From Camelus ferus (Eukaryota), in NCBI RefSeq assembly GCF_009834535.1, contig NC_045697.1:16246001-16310000 (forward strand): a DNA stretch of 64,000 bases. Reading direction: 5' to 3'. Below, one piece after another: positions 37,833 through 50,659 of the stretch; position 1 is the stretch's first letter, and every line of letters starts with the position of its first letter. Made by a program: the position numbers and the translations under genes. The notes under the pieces are model-generated. The model had not been told where the DNA came from. It searched no databases and was given only the letters and a program-made list of their open reading frames with translations.

Positions 37833-39799
37833 ATAAAAGCCATATACAACAAAGCCACAGCTGGCATCATACTCAGTGGTGAAAAGCTGAAAGCGTTTTC
37901 TCTAACATCAGGAACAAGACAAAACGCCCACTTTTACCACTCTTATTCAACATAGTTTTGGAATTCCTAGTCACAGCAATCAGAGAAGAAAAGGAAATAA
38001 AAAGAATCCAAATTGGAAGTTAATAAATAAAACTGTCTTTGTTTGTAGATGACATGATACTATACACAGAAAAACCTAAAGGTGCCACCAGAAAACTACT
38101 AGAGCTCATCAATACATTTTATAAAGTTGCAGGATACAAAATTAATATGCAGAAATCTATTGTATTTCTATACAGTAACAATGAACCATCAGGAAGAGCA
38201 ATGAAGGAAACAATCCCATTTACCACTGCATCAAAAAGAACAAAATGCCCAGGAGTAAGCCTACCTAAGGAGGCAAAAACCTGTACTCTGAAAACTCTAA
38301 GACCCTGATGAAAGGAATTGAAGATGACCCAAGCAGATGGAAAGGTATACCATGTTCTTGGATTGGAAGAATCAATACTGTTAAAATGACCATGCCACCC
38401 AAGGCAATCTACAGATACAATGCATTCCCTATCAAAATACCAATGGCAATTTTCACAAAACTAGAACAAATAAGTATAAAATTTTAATGGAAACACAGAA
38501 GACCCTGTATGGTCAAAACAATCCTGAGAAAGAAAAACAGCTGGAGGAATCATGCTTCTTGACTTCAGACTATACTACAAAGCTACAGTAATCAAAACAG
38601 TATAGTACTGGAGCAAAAACAGACGCATTGATAAATGGAACAGGATAGAGAACCCAGAAATAAACCCGCACTTATGGTCAATTAATCTATGACAAAGGAA
38701 GCAAGAATTTACAATGGAAAAAACAGTCTCTTCAATAAGTAGTGCTAGGAAAACTGGACAACTATGTGTAAAAAAATGAAATTAGAACATTCTCTAGCAC
38801 CATATACACAAATAATCTCAAAATGGATTGAAGATCTAAATGAAAACTTTTAAATATCAATTGTATAAGATTGAAGTTTTAAGTAATTCCAAGCTCAGCT
38901 GGTTATAGGCCTAATTTTTTAGGCTTATTCTGTTGGTACTTTCAGCTGTTGTCACTGAAGCACCATAGACTTAAACTTTTGTTATTTCTGCCACAGATAA
39001 AAGAGCTTTCTTTTCCCCCAAATTTCTGACCTGGGCTTCCCTTTTTATCATTTCAAACCCAGAATAGAAGTGGTGGTGGTGGAAATAATCCATATACTTT
39101 CTTTTATTCTTATGGATTTTCTCTCAACATGGGTAGATATCGCATGTCTAAGCTCTAACAGAGGAAATGTCTTTAGATATGGAGGGAGAGGCAGGTATGG
39201 AAAATGGATGTGATCTGTTGCCCATAATTCTGAAATGTCATTTTAAAATTGCCCTGCCACAGTGGGTGACTTTGGCAACACCTCTCAAGAAATCTAAACA
39301 GGACGAGGAAAGAATTTCTGTGGAAGAGTATGCAGTAAGCACAAAATAAGATGAAGGAAGTAAGGATTTTAGATGGAATGGTCTTTCACTGACTGCAGAG
39401 AGTAAAGCAAGAGACTATTCTTTTGATGTAGTATAGTCACATTTTTACAGTTTTACCGAAATATTGTTTTCCCTCCCAGGAAGTTTGTTGGCATATGGCA
39501 CTTCCATCCCCAACCATCTGTATCCACCTCTCTTTGAAGGCTTAGGTCTTAGATTTTATCCAGACAAAACCATGGAGAAAACACTAATACACATTTCTCT
39601 GGATGTTAATTTTAAAATAATCATAGGCTTTCTGATCAGGTCTTCTAAATTTGAGGAAAAGCAGAAGAGGGGAATAACATGAGTAATTGAAGTGCTCCAT
39701 TCTTGAGACAGAAACCACAGAAAGGTGCTAGAGACACAAAGCGAATAATGAAATTTTTATTGTGCAGTTTAGAGAAAAAAAATTACCCATATAGATAGT

Positions 39800-40030
39800 T
39801 TTCACTGACTTCTGAGCATTGAGATAAATAATTTCTGTACATTATTTCACCTGATCATCAGAACAATCTTAGGAGGTTGATATTACTTTCACTGGTTTTT
39901 GTTTCTGTTTAGGTGAAGAAAGTAAGACTGAGAAATTTTAAAAAATGTCTAGAGATACATGGCTTATGGCAGAGCTCAAACCCGAACTTCTCTGATTCTA
40001 CAGTTCATGTCTTTAACAATTCAGCAATAC
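39800..40030 (-). mobile_element. MIR SINE
   Basis: aacaatcttaggaggttgatattact...aggtgaagaaagtaagactgagaaat...tggcagagctcaaacccgaac. Confidence 0.7.
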
Positions 40031-40926
40031 AGGGGGATACGTGCTGGCTGTGTTTCAGGAAACATTAAAACTGTTAAACTTCTCTCAAGCTTGAACAAGG
40101 TAATGAATATAGTAGTAGTAAATTAAAGTGGAAGAGAAGGGAGAAGCAGACAGTGATATCAAAACTGAGCTTTGAAGGATGAGAAGAAGGTCATCAAGCA
40201 TTGCAAATAGGCTCAAAGGCATATGCAAAGTCCTAAAATGTCAAGGTGTGCTGGAGGAATGATCAGTTATCAGTATGGCTTTATAATAGGATGCACGCCG
40301 AAAACATAGTGAACATGAGCTGTGCATTTTTCTTGCATTGTGACTTTGGACAACTCATTAACTTCTGGGAAAGCTAATCCGTTACTGGCTGAATTTCATG
40401 GTGTTAATCCCATAAGGGTCCTTTTGAAATGTAATATTTATACATCACTTTCCTTCTCTTCTGAAGAAGATACTATCATCTGCAATCTGCTCAGTTACCC
40501 TGGCCCTTATCCCATTTAAGGATTGTTTTGGTCCTCTACTTTTTCACTATCTCTCTTCTACTACCTGCCAGGTAACCATTTTATTGCTCATTTGCACCTC
40601 CACTAGGGAGAAAAAAATGTGATAGCCAATCCAGCCAACATTTTATTTGCTTGCAACTCTTATAAAAGGTTTAGTAAGGGAAAAGCATAAAACAGCTAAT
40701 GAATATAATAAGGATGTTCTGTATAGTTCATTTCTATATACTGTTTCTTTCCCTTAAACTCGTACAATCAAGGGCTTGATTTAATTTTTCCCTCAAACAT
40801 TATATTACACTGTTTTCCCTCTCTTCTCTATTTCACTTTCCACATAATATTAACCAAAATGAATTAACTGTTAGGTGGATTCCAATAAATACTACAAGTT
40901 TGTGGCAAGGCTTCAATTAGAATCTA

Positions 40927-41015
40927 ATTTTTTTTCTAGTGAAGCTACTAGGGATTGAACCCAGGACCTTGTGCACGCTAAGCATACACTCTACTACTGA
41001 GCTATACCCTCCCCC
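40927..41015 (-). mobile_element. tRNA-derived SINE (camelid vic-1 type)
   Basis: Reverse complement gggggagggtatagctcagtagtagagtgtatgcttagcgtgcacaaggtcctgggttcaatccctagt plus A tail; imperfect flanking gaatctaat / gaatcctaat. Confidence 0.9.
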
Positions 41016-41469
41016 ATGAATCCTAATGTTCTAATTCCTTGATTATTGTGGCTCCAAATTCAGTCTACTCTATACTCTCTAAATTTTCTCTTGGATTAGG
41101 CACATAAATCTAATAAGAAGTGATTGTGGTTTCAGGATGATCACATAATTCATCAAGAGTAACACCTTTGGCAGCGAAAAGGGGTACTGGCAATCTGGGG
41201 TGTATGGGTATTCTGTATTTCAGTAAAATCAAAGGACATTCTAATATGAGGCCCCAAAATGCAGATTAAAGAATCTCTAGAGCACAATACATGGCTCACT
41301 TGACCAATTGGTATCACTCTACCCAGCTTAAAATCAAAATAAAAAAAAATGACAGGTGATATGTAAAGGCCATTCCTAAGGGATTCCACGGACCACTGGT
41401 AGTCAGTTGGTGCTTCTGAAGGCTGCAGTAGTGGGGCCCTCATTCCCTTATATATCACCAGAAACTTCT

Positions 41470-41930
41470 ACAACTTCAGCAGAGAACCAGGTACAGCCCC
41501 TGCCCTAGAGGCATTCACAATCTAATGAAGAAGACAGATTAATAAACAGATATTTACTGTGCAGAGGAATAAATGTCATTAGAGTAATAAACAATGGTTT
41601 GTGAAACACAAAGAATGGGAAAAGAACCTTACTATTCCCTGGGAAATTGGCCAAGACTACAATAATGAATCCTTTAGGTGGAGGGGGGGAAAGTAAAACA
41701 AAAAGACAGACGCATTAAATCACTCCCCTTAGGTATACTAAGTACAGCTGTGCAGGTTGCTTATCACATCCATTAGGTTGTGACCAGGTTGTTTGAAGGG
41801 CTAGGGAGTCTGCACTTTATCCTACAGATAATAAGGAAACCCCAGTGTTTTTGTTTTTGCTTTAAAGCAGGTAAAAGAAACAAACACACATGTGTTTAAA
41901 AATGTAATTCTGCTGGTAGTAGCAAGGGGA
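41470..41930 (-). mobile_element. L2 fragment
   Basis: cccctgccctagaggcattcacaatctaatg...agggagtctgcactttatcctacagataataaggaaacc. Confidence 0.65.
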
Positions 41931-42828
41931 GGAGAATCTATATAATGTCCTTCCCTAGCTTACATGGTTCTTTGAAAACCTAAGTATAATAATATGATAA
42001 ATACTTAAACATCTTCACCACATGTAAGTTATGTATTTGCTTCTATTAAAAATACTCTCCAGCCTCTTTCCTCACACTTCTGCTTCCCTTCTCTTTCATG
42101 CTTATATTTTCATCTTAAGCAAAAAAATTTTTTTTCAGAATCCCATGTCACAGGGCCTCCTTTTTAGGTTAAATCAGCATCCTTTCTGTCCTGCTTTTCC
42201 AGAAACTACACTTGGGATTTGCCTTGCTTTGGTTTCTTTTTATTGACAAGATGAAGCCAAATATTTTTTTCCTCCTCTTATCTTTTCTTTCGCTTGATTT
42301 CCACTCTTTCTTTTAGACTTTGATCAGAAGGAGAGAGCTGTCTGCATTATCATTAAATTTGCTGAGTCATTTGTAATTTTCTTTGAATGCTGAGGGCTTC
42401 AATGTCATTAGAGATGAGGTCCAAGCTGGTTGGTTTTTGAATATAATTGAGCCAAATTACATATTCTAATTGTACATCCTAATTTTTAATGAAGCTGAAA
42501 TGAGAAGAGGTTATAAGGGTGCATGTAGTTACAAAATCTTTCATGAGGTAATAGAGAAATAGTGATTCATATCTTTCAATATTGTATTTTCAAGGAGAAA
42601 AGCCACTTTAAAAAGAAACCAGAAAAAAAAATTAATTGAGAGAAATATGGGAAAATCCAAGTTTCAAAAGAATGATCTAATTTTAAAAGATAAACTAAGA
42701 GTTTTTTCAAGTAAATTATAGAATCATTCTTTGCTTTACAGAAGTAGTGCATGTGTCTGTGTTGTGGCATCATTGTACCCAGTAGTTTTCTTTATCCCTT
42801 GTTTGATTGACTTTACATGTCTAATGGG

Positions 42829-43312
42829 TGTGGCAGATTTTAACAGTGGCTACACTATTTTTCAGTTCTTGCAATTAGGAATATATTTCTCCACCTCTTG
42901 AATCTTGGCTTGACACATGACTTGCTTTGACTGAAAAGACAATTAGGAAACATGATAGAAGCCAAGGGTTGAAAAGTGCTTTCTATTCCTGCTCCTGCTT
43001 TTGGAACCTAGCTACCTTGTGAAGAAGACTGAGATAGCTTTCTAGATTTTGGAGAAAGGTTGTCTTGTTGCCCTGTTGCCCCACCCAATTACCAGAAACA
43101 TGAGTGACACCATCTAGGACCAAGAAGCCCCCAGTCAACCCACTAGCTCACTGCAGTTGTATGAGTAAATCCAGCTGAAGTGATTGGAAAGACTTCCCAA
43201 CTAAGTGCAGTCTAAATTGCCAACCCATAGAATCATAAGCTAATAATTAGTTATTTCTGTCTTAAGCCACTAATTTGGCTTGCAAGCATCGAAAACTAAC
43301 ATAATTGATTAA
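42829..43312 (+). mobile_element. MaLR (MLT1) solo LTR
   Basis: tgtggcagatt start; cttgaatcttggcttgacacatgacttgctttgac; ccatagaatcataagctaataa...cttaagccacta. Confidence 0.8.
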
Positions 43313-43326
43313 TGCATCACCAGAGG

Positions 43327-43920
43327 TGATGGGCTGCATTCTAAGTTGGTCCCCAAGATTTCTGTCTCCTGCATGCCCTAGAAAATTTGGGAAAGAAAGG
43401 GGTCGTCACTCCTGTGATCAGGAAAAGTGAAGGGATTTTGCAGATGCAGTGAAGGTCTCTGATCAGTTTACCTTGAGTTAGTCAAAGGGGAGACTCTCCT
43501 GGATGGAGCTGACCTAATATGGTGCATCCTTTAAAGACCTCAGAGAGACCTGACACAGAAGCAGACACTCTTCTTTCATCCTTGGAAAAATAAATCTGCA
43601 ATGTTGTAGACATGATTACAGGACAAGGAATGGTGGCCAGCTTTCAGAGATAAGAACAGCCCCCGGGTGACAGCCAGCAAGGAAATGGGGATCTTAGTCC
43701 TCCACCTGAAAACTTTCAGCAACTAAAAGCTTGGAAGAGGACCCTGAGCTGCAGATGAGATCACAGCCCCAGTCTGCTCCTGGATTTCAACCTGATGAGA
43801 CTCTGAACAAAGCCCCCAGATTCCTGGAATCCTCACTCATGGCTACTATGAGATAACAATTAGTTTTGTTTTAAGCTAAATTTATGGTAATTTGTTATGT
43901 GGCAAGATAAAATAAATACA
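43327..43920 (+). mobile_element. MaLR (MLT1E-like) solo LTR
   Basis: tgatgggctgcattctaagttggtccccaagattt; gggattttgcagatgcagtgaagg; gacagccagcaaggaaatgggg; end ggtaatttgttatgtggcaagataaaataaataca. Confidence 0.85.
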
Positions 43921-45878
43921 CCAATCTAGTCTTTCAACTTTTAGATATAGGCAGAGTTATGACTTACAGAGATGATCCGTTTATGATTTTCTTCGCCAGG
44001 TTGTAAATCTTGGTAAAAGAGAGAAGTGAGGCTCCTTAACTTGAAGAAAGCCATTTTCTCTTCCTCTAGGCTCACAGAAAATGCAGACCCCTTCAGTGTC
44101 ATGTGAATATAAAGCAAAGAGGAAGATTTTATCTATAAGTGATGATCTCTTCAAAAGTTAATGTTCAGCTGGAGTCAGAGGATTAGATTATATGACCTCT
44201 TGAGGGAATTTCTTGCCCCCATAATGTTGTGGCTCAGAATAATGTCATCTTTTCTTGCCCCTAAAAGTGCTGAAAGGCACTCAAAATTATAAGTCAAAGT
44301 GCATGACTGATGGGCTTGTTAATGTTGAAAAGAAAATGGCTTGTTCTCTATTATAACACAAACAAAAGGAGCATAACTTCCACCAAGGAAAACAAAGACT
44401 AGAGGAGAACTGTCTACTGATAAAATAAATGGCATAATGAAGCCAGTAAAAGTCCCAGCTGGTTACTAACACAGATACAGACTAGCCACATCTCCATGTG
44501 GCAGAATGGATGCAGAGCTTTCTCTGACAGAACAATGACAAGAGATTTCAGTGAATATGCATTGATTTAGCAGGGTCTCGGACAAATCCATCTTTATTGA
44601 GTGGCATATACAAGTTCCCTGTCATTAAGTACAAATCAAAGCATTTAAAATGCATGCAAGAAAAAGTTTTCAATCCTACAAGGCTTAGTACCATGCGGAG
44701 AGCACCATAGGGCATCAAAGTTTTATTGCGTTATCCCTGTACCACTTGCCTGGATCCATCTGACTCTCTACTCCCTAATTTGCACTTGATTCTTCTAACT
44801 TCTGACCTTTTTATGTGTTCACCCTGGCACTTCTGTAGTTATAGCCTTTGCTTCCTTTCTTGAATATGATTTATATTTTTCCCTGAATATAGTCTCTTTA
44901 TCCCATAATGTATAATGCTAATTTTTCAGGTGGCCATTTTCTCCATTAAGAATGTTTCCATTGAGTTCACCTTAGCTCCTCAAACAAGACTGAGACAAAA
45001 CTTGGGCATTGTCATACCCCATGCAAATACCCCTTTCATTCTTACATAATTATTCCAGTGCTTTGAAAATTCTCTGGGTTGTCTTTATGGAGAATGAGGA
45101 CTTTGAACTAGGACTAGTGGAAGGAGCCATTCATTCATTCAACAAATTTTAATTAAGCAACTGCTGCATTTTTGGCAAAATTTTAGGATCCTAGAATATG
45201 TTGGTGAACAAAAAAAGATCACTGACAAATTATTAAGATGTAATATTGATAGGTATAATGATACCATAAAATGATACCATTGGTAGCAAACAATGGAAGA
45301 GTGAAATCCATACAAGAACTTAAGAACAGAACTGAGTTCTTATTAAGTATAATTGCTCGGACTAGAAACTATATCTACATTATCTATCTCTTTGCATCCT
45401 TCCAAAAACCACTTGAAGTAGGTATTACTATCCCCAAAGCCACCCACACATTAAATGGTGAAATTTGAATTTGAACCCATGAATAAGGTGTTCATTATAG
45501 TGGGTTTCCCTGAAACTATGAATAAACAGCATAAAACAAGTTAGAGAGCATAAAATTTCAAGGCAAAAAGACCTGAATAAAGATTTTTTTCTGCCAGTTA
45601 CTGGGAGTGTGATTTTTGTGGCTTCTCAGATAAAGCCCCCTTGCTAACCACCATCTTCCATGGCCTAAACAACATGCATTTGAGACAGCAGCGCTAGCCT
45701 CTCCCATCAATGTGTATTTGTAGTTAGTGTAAACTTGAAAGAGCCTAAACACGTAGCAGCCACATAGAGGAAACACGCACAGAACCTTAACGGACTCCTG
45801 CTGTTTCATCTCAGCTCTACAATAAGGGCTTTATCCTCACTCTATCCCTTCCAACACATCAATCCATATTTTCTATTT

Positions 45879-46063
45879 CAATGATTCCCAAATTTGTAGC
45901 ATGAAAATCACCTGGAGACCTTATTAAAACATAGATGGCTAGGCCCCACCCTCAGAATTTCTGATTCAGTCTGTCTCGGGTGGGACCTGAGACTGACATT
46001 TCTAATAAGTTCTCACATAATGCCAATGTTTCTGGCCTGTTTATCACACTTTGAGAACCACTG
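45879..46063. mobile_element. MER5A (hAT-Charlie MITE)
   Basis: aatcacctggagaccttattaaaacatagatggctaggccccaccctcagaatttctgattcagt...cacactttgagaaccactg. Confidence 0.92.
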
Positions 46064-46131
46064 TCCAATGCATTTACTTTCTCTTCTCGCCTCATTCCCT
46101 TCTATACAACTTTTAACCCCTAATTAGATAT

Positions 46132-47193
46132 ATGCAAGCAATCTTTCTTCTGATGGTTCTAATATGCATGAACTTCAGTTACCATGGTTTAGCTAAAAAT
46201 TACCAGTCCCCCACAACTTGGCATAAATTTCAGTTACTATGGGATATTAACTGTGAGTAATTGCATGAAGTATGAACTTCTATGGCTAGTTCTTCAATCT
46301 ATATATCACTGAGTGAATAACAGATGTGCAAAATGACCAAGGACAAATCACATCAATTCTCTGAAAGTCTGTCGGTGGTTGTTACCATGGACACTGTTAG
46401 TTTACCGGCAGACAGCAAAGAATGTGGCTGTTTTGCCTCCTTGTCCCCCAGTAATAAAGCAACATGGCATTTTACAAAAATGGATACTCAAAAGAGAGAA
46501 TGGCTAACAAAGATAAAAGTACAGCAAAGAAACTAAGTGATAACATTGGGAGTGAAATAGCAATCAAAAGTAAATGGAGTTAAAGAAGAAATTGCTGACT
46601 GTGGAAGACAGACACTGTCACTGTTTGAAGGACTCTAGATAAGAAGCCAGAGGAAATTAGTGAAGATGAATGTATTAACATACATGAAGAAAATGGTTAT
46701 AATGAGAAAGTTGAACATATCCCAGTAGAAGCAACGCCAGGAAAAAACTTCACGTTAAAGGACCTCTCAAAGATATTTCATGACATTGAAAGTGCAAAAG
46801 GTAAAATTTTGGAAGGTGATCCAAACTTAGAAAGGTATGTGGCTATTTGCCAAGGCAGAGAAAAGATGTTCACTTCATATCTTAAGCTATAGGACAAGAA
46901 AGAAAATGCTGTTCAAGCGATTCTTAATGTAAAGAAATAAAATACTTTAATTCTCAGTCTTTCCAAAAATTTAAAGTGTACTAAATAAGCACTAGTTTTA
47001 CTGTAGTTTTTCTTTTTTATTTCTCTATGCATCTACAATAGACAGTAGAAAATTTTTAATGTTTTGACAACAGATTTTTAAAGGTTACAGAACATTCATA
47101 ATTTTCCATTGATTATTAAGTTTCCCTTGCAGGGTTTTGACCTGCATGGCATTTTTATGGTCCTTCGCTGCTTACAAATTGAGTATTGTCTAT
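46132..47193 (+). mobile_element. TcMar-Tigger family deletion derivative (~1.06 kb)
   Basis: TA-flanked; Tigger-like subterminal text (gaacttcagttaccatggttta; cataatttttccattgattattaag); vestigial transposase N-terminus (MDTQKRE...VITLGVK). Confidence 0.7.
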
Positions 47194-47497
47194 ACTGTTT
47201 CTCTCTTCCTAAGTATATAAAGCTCCTCCACCCCGACTTTGGTTATAGTGGACCAACTGGTAGTTATATTTGCATATTTGCCAGAGTTCCCAGTCTTTAC
47301 CTCTTAGTCATCCTCCCCAGGAATTGTGCTACTTGGTTGGAATTTACTGCTGTGGTCTAACTAATGACCTGATATTGGTAATCTGCAATAACGCATTTCT
47401 TACCCAGCTTCAGTTCTTGCACACGTACTCGATAGGAAGTACACAGTCTGGAGAGCACACTCCCCACTATGCCATTACTATACGTTCATCACTTGCT

Positions 47498-47905
47498 ATG
47501 TTATTTGCCTAGAGTTGTTGTAACAAAATACCACAAACTGGGTGGACTAAAACAACAAACAATAGAAATTTATTATCTCACAGTTCTTGAAGGTTAGAAG
47601 TCCAAAAATCAAGATGTTAGCAGTACCATGCTTCCTCTGAAAGCTGTAAGGGAATCTTTTCTTTGGTCTTTCTAGCTTCTGGTGGTTTACTGGCAATTTT
47701 TGACATTTCTTGGCTTGCAGCTGTGTAACTCCGACCTCTGGCTTTTGTCATTACAGGGAGATCTCTCTGTTTGTCCCTGTCTTCCCATGGCTGTCTTCTT
47801 ATAAAGACACGAGTCATATTGGATTAGGGGCCCATCCTATTCCAGAATGAATTTATTTTAACTAATAATCTGCACTGACACTATTTCCAAATAAGGTTCC
47901 ATAAC
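47498..47905 (-). mobile_element. MaLR LTR (MLT1B/C-like)
   Basis: gtaacaaaataccacaaactgggtggactaaaacaac...cttcttataaagacacgagtcatattggattaggggcccatcc...ctatttccaaataaggt. Confidence 0.9.
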
Positions 47906-49059
47906 ATTTATTTATAGTGTCGATGCACCTTATGAATCAGCCATAGTTCAAGTATTTAGTCCCTGAGACCTATACTCTCTCACCCTCCATTGCTTCAACA
48001 GTGTATTTGGGATACTAATTCCCAGTCACAAAGTATTTATAAGGATTAATAAACATATTTGTAATGCATATAATGCCACATGTCAAAAGTTCATGGCTCC
48101 TTAAATATTAGTTCCTTCTGAACAACTCCCCACCCAAACATTTATAAATTTAATCACTCATTGAACACTTAATGTTTATGCCTTATATTACTGATAAATG
48201 CCACTGCCTATGTTGGGTCATCTAACAAAATTGCAAAAATCACCAAAGTAATTATGTGTTATTATACAATTTTGCATCTCTAAAGAACCAGAGACATGGC
48301 TGCAGACAACAGAGAATTTTTAAAAAGCCCTATTGGATATTCTATCACTGAATAAAGTTAATTACATATGAATGCATATTATGATCCTAGTTCCTAAATA
48401 ATTAGGTTAAAATAAAAATCAGATTTCATAACTGAACTTTGGAAAAAGAAATAAAAACCAGCAGAACTATTGTATATATAACTGTTTTCCTTTTTCTCAC
48501 AGGATAACGTGGGAATATAATTATTAAACAAAACTAGTTAAGTTTTTTTTTCTCCAAAAGTCTTTTTGTTCAGGTGAAAGTAAACATATTACTACAGCTT
48601 TCAAGGGAGACGGATACCTTACAATTGAATGATTTTGCTTGGAAGTATGAGAGTTTCTGATTTTAGATCTTTCTGGTTATCAGTTTTTGAAGACCACAGA
48701 TTTTCTCATAAAGAGGAGTTGTAGGGTTATTTACTGAGAAGTCTTAAAAGTCTAATGATAGACTATCAAGGAAATATATAGAAAATATTAATGAAGCTAG
48801 AAAAAATAACTCAAAATAGCTTTGAGTATCTATGAGCAATCAATATACAAAAAGAGTGCCACTTACCTTTACCAAGGAAAAGAATAATTTTTGTAATAAA
48901 CAGCACTGGTGAAATTTTTTAGCTTCATGAAAAATATTAGAGGAAGACCATGCCTTTACACCGTATGGAAAAATAAATCCAGATAGATTTAAGATTTCAA
49001 TGAAAATGTAAAATAGTAAAACTATTAGAAAAATTTAAGATCTTTGTTTAAGCCAATTT

Positions 49060-50655
49060 TAAATGTAAATAAATGTAGTAAGGATGGAGAAAGATGTATC
49101 ATACAAACATTAACCAAAAGAATATAGAAGGATTAATATCTCATAAGTTAGACTTTAGAACAGGAAGTATTATCTTGGATAAATAGAAACATTATACAAT
49201 GATAACACAACCAATTCTCCAAGAACAATAACAATTTTAATATGTATGTATTTATCAGCAGAGTGTTAAAGTACATGACAAAAAACCCATAGAATTAAAA
49301 GAAAAATAGACAAATCCAAAAAGAGAAAATAAAAGATATAGAAGAACTGAATACCCTATAACCAGTAGTCCTATTTGATCTTAATAGATTTCACTCAACA
49401 ATATCAGAAAACACTTAATTTACAAAGGTACACAGAACATTCAGCAAGACAGGCCATATTTTGAGCCGTTAAACAAATCTTGACAAATTTAAAGATTAGA
49501 AATCATACAAAGTATGTTTATTGGCCATAACAGAAAAATAGCTGGAAAATCTCCAAATACTTGGAAATTAAACAACATACGTCTGAATAAACTATGATTC
49601 AAACAGGAAGTTTCAAGGGAAATTTAAAAATATTTTGGACTATAAAAATAAAAATATCATATATCCAAATGTGTGGGATGCATCAACAACATTTACTGTT
49701 AAGTTTGTAGTCAAATGCTTAGAATAGAAAAAGGGTCAAATAATCTTAACGAGAAAAAGAACAAACTAAATCTATAGCAGGTACATAATAAAAATAATAA
49801 TATAAATAACAAATAAAATTAAAAATAGAAAAACATTAGATAAAATCAAGGAACAATTGATAAAATTAATAAATCTCTAGCCAGACTTAGTAAAAAAGTG
49901 AGAAGACACAATTTACAATGTCAGTATCAAAATAAAAGCTATAACTATAGACCCCAGTGACATTAATAGAATTAAAGAAACAAAATGAACAACTTACAAT
50001 ATAGACCTCACAGATATTAACAGGATTAAAAGGACAATATAAACAACTATTCCTACAAATTTGCAACTTATGGGAAATGCACCAATTCTTTGAAAAACAC
50101 AAACTACCAGTACTCACTCAAAAGAAAAAAAAGGTAATGAATTAATCACATATCAATTAAAGAAATTGAATTTATAGTTAAAACTTTTCCAAAAAGGAGA
50201 ATCCAGCCCCAGAAGTGTTCTCTTGTGAATTCTACCAAACATTCATGGAAAAAAAATACTAAGTCTACAAAATATGTACTAGAAACTATGAGGAAGCACA
50301 TCTCAGCTCATTTTATAAGGGCAGGTTACTATTTCTATTACCAAAACCAGATAAAAACATTACAAGAAAAGAAAAGTAAAAAATAATAGCACTCGTAAAT
50401 ACAGACATAAAGACCCTCAAGAAAAATATTAACCAACTGAATCTAGCAGTATATATAAAAAAGTTAATATATCTTAAATAAGTGGGGTTTATCACAAGAA
50501 TTCTGGTTTAGGGTTCAAAAATTAATTGATGTAACTCATCAAGGTAACTAATGAATCGAGAGATCATGTAATAATCTCAAATAATGCAGAAAACCATTTA
50601 ACAAAATCCAGAAGTCATTCCTGATTTTAAAAACTCCCAGCACACTTGGAAGAAA
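49060..50655 (+). mobile_element. Decayed L1 ORF2 (endonuclease to early RT), nested
   Basis: ggatggagaaagatgtatcatacaaac; gaacattcagcaagacaggccatatt; gaattctaccaaacattc; ttaccaaaaccagataaaaac; gcagaaaaccatttaacaaaatcca. Confidence 0.9.
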
Positions 50656-50659
50656 AGGA

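Larger units (their letters stand above)
36600..38843 (-). mobile_element. 5'-inverted (twin-primed) LINE-1: 3' end on minus strand (36600-~37288), inverted ORF2 segment on plus strand (~37289-38843)
   Basis: Minus: VVKREPLYTVG...IVWRFLEKLKIEPPY plus 3'UTR. Plus: FNICKSVSVTNHIN, NHMIISIDPEKPLIKF, LFVDDMILY (RT catalytic motif), AGYKINMQKS, PCSWIGRIN, KWIEDLN. Confidence 0.9.

Noticed and set aside
44685..44707. REST/RE1-like motif cttagtacc-atgc-ggagagcacc
   Set aside because: The spacer is 4 nt instead of the canonical 2, and the left half-site has several mismatches.
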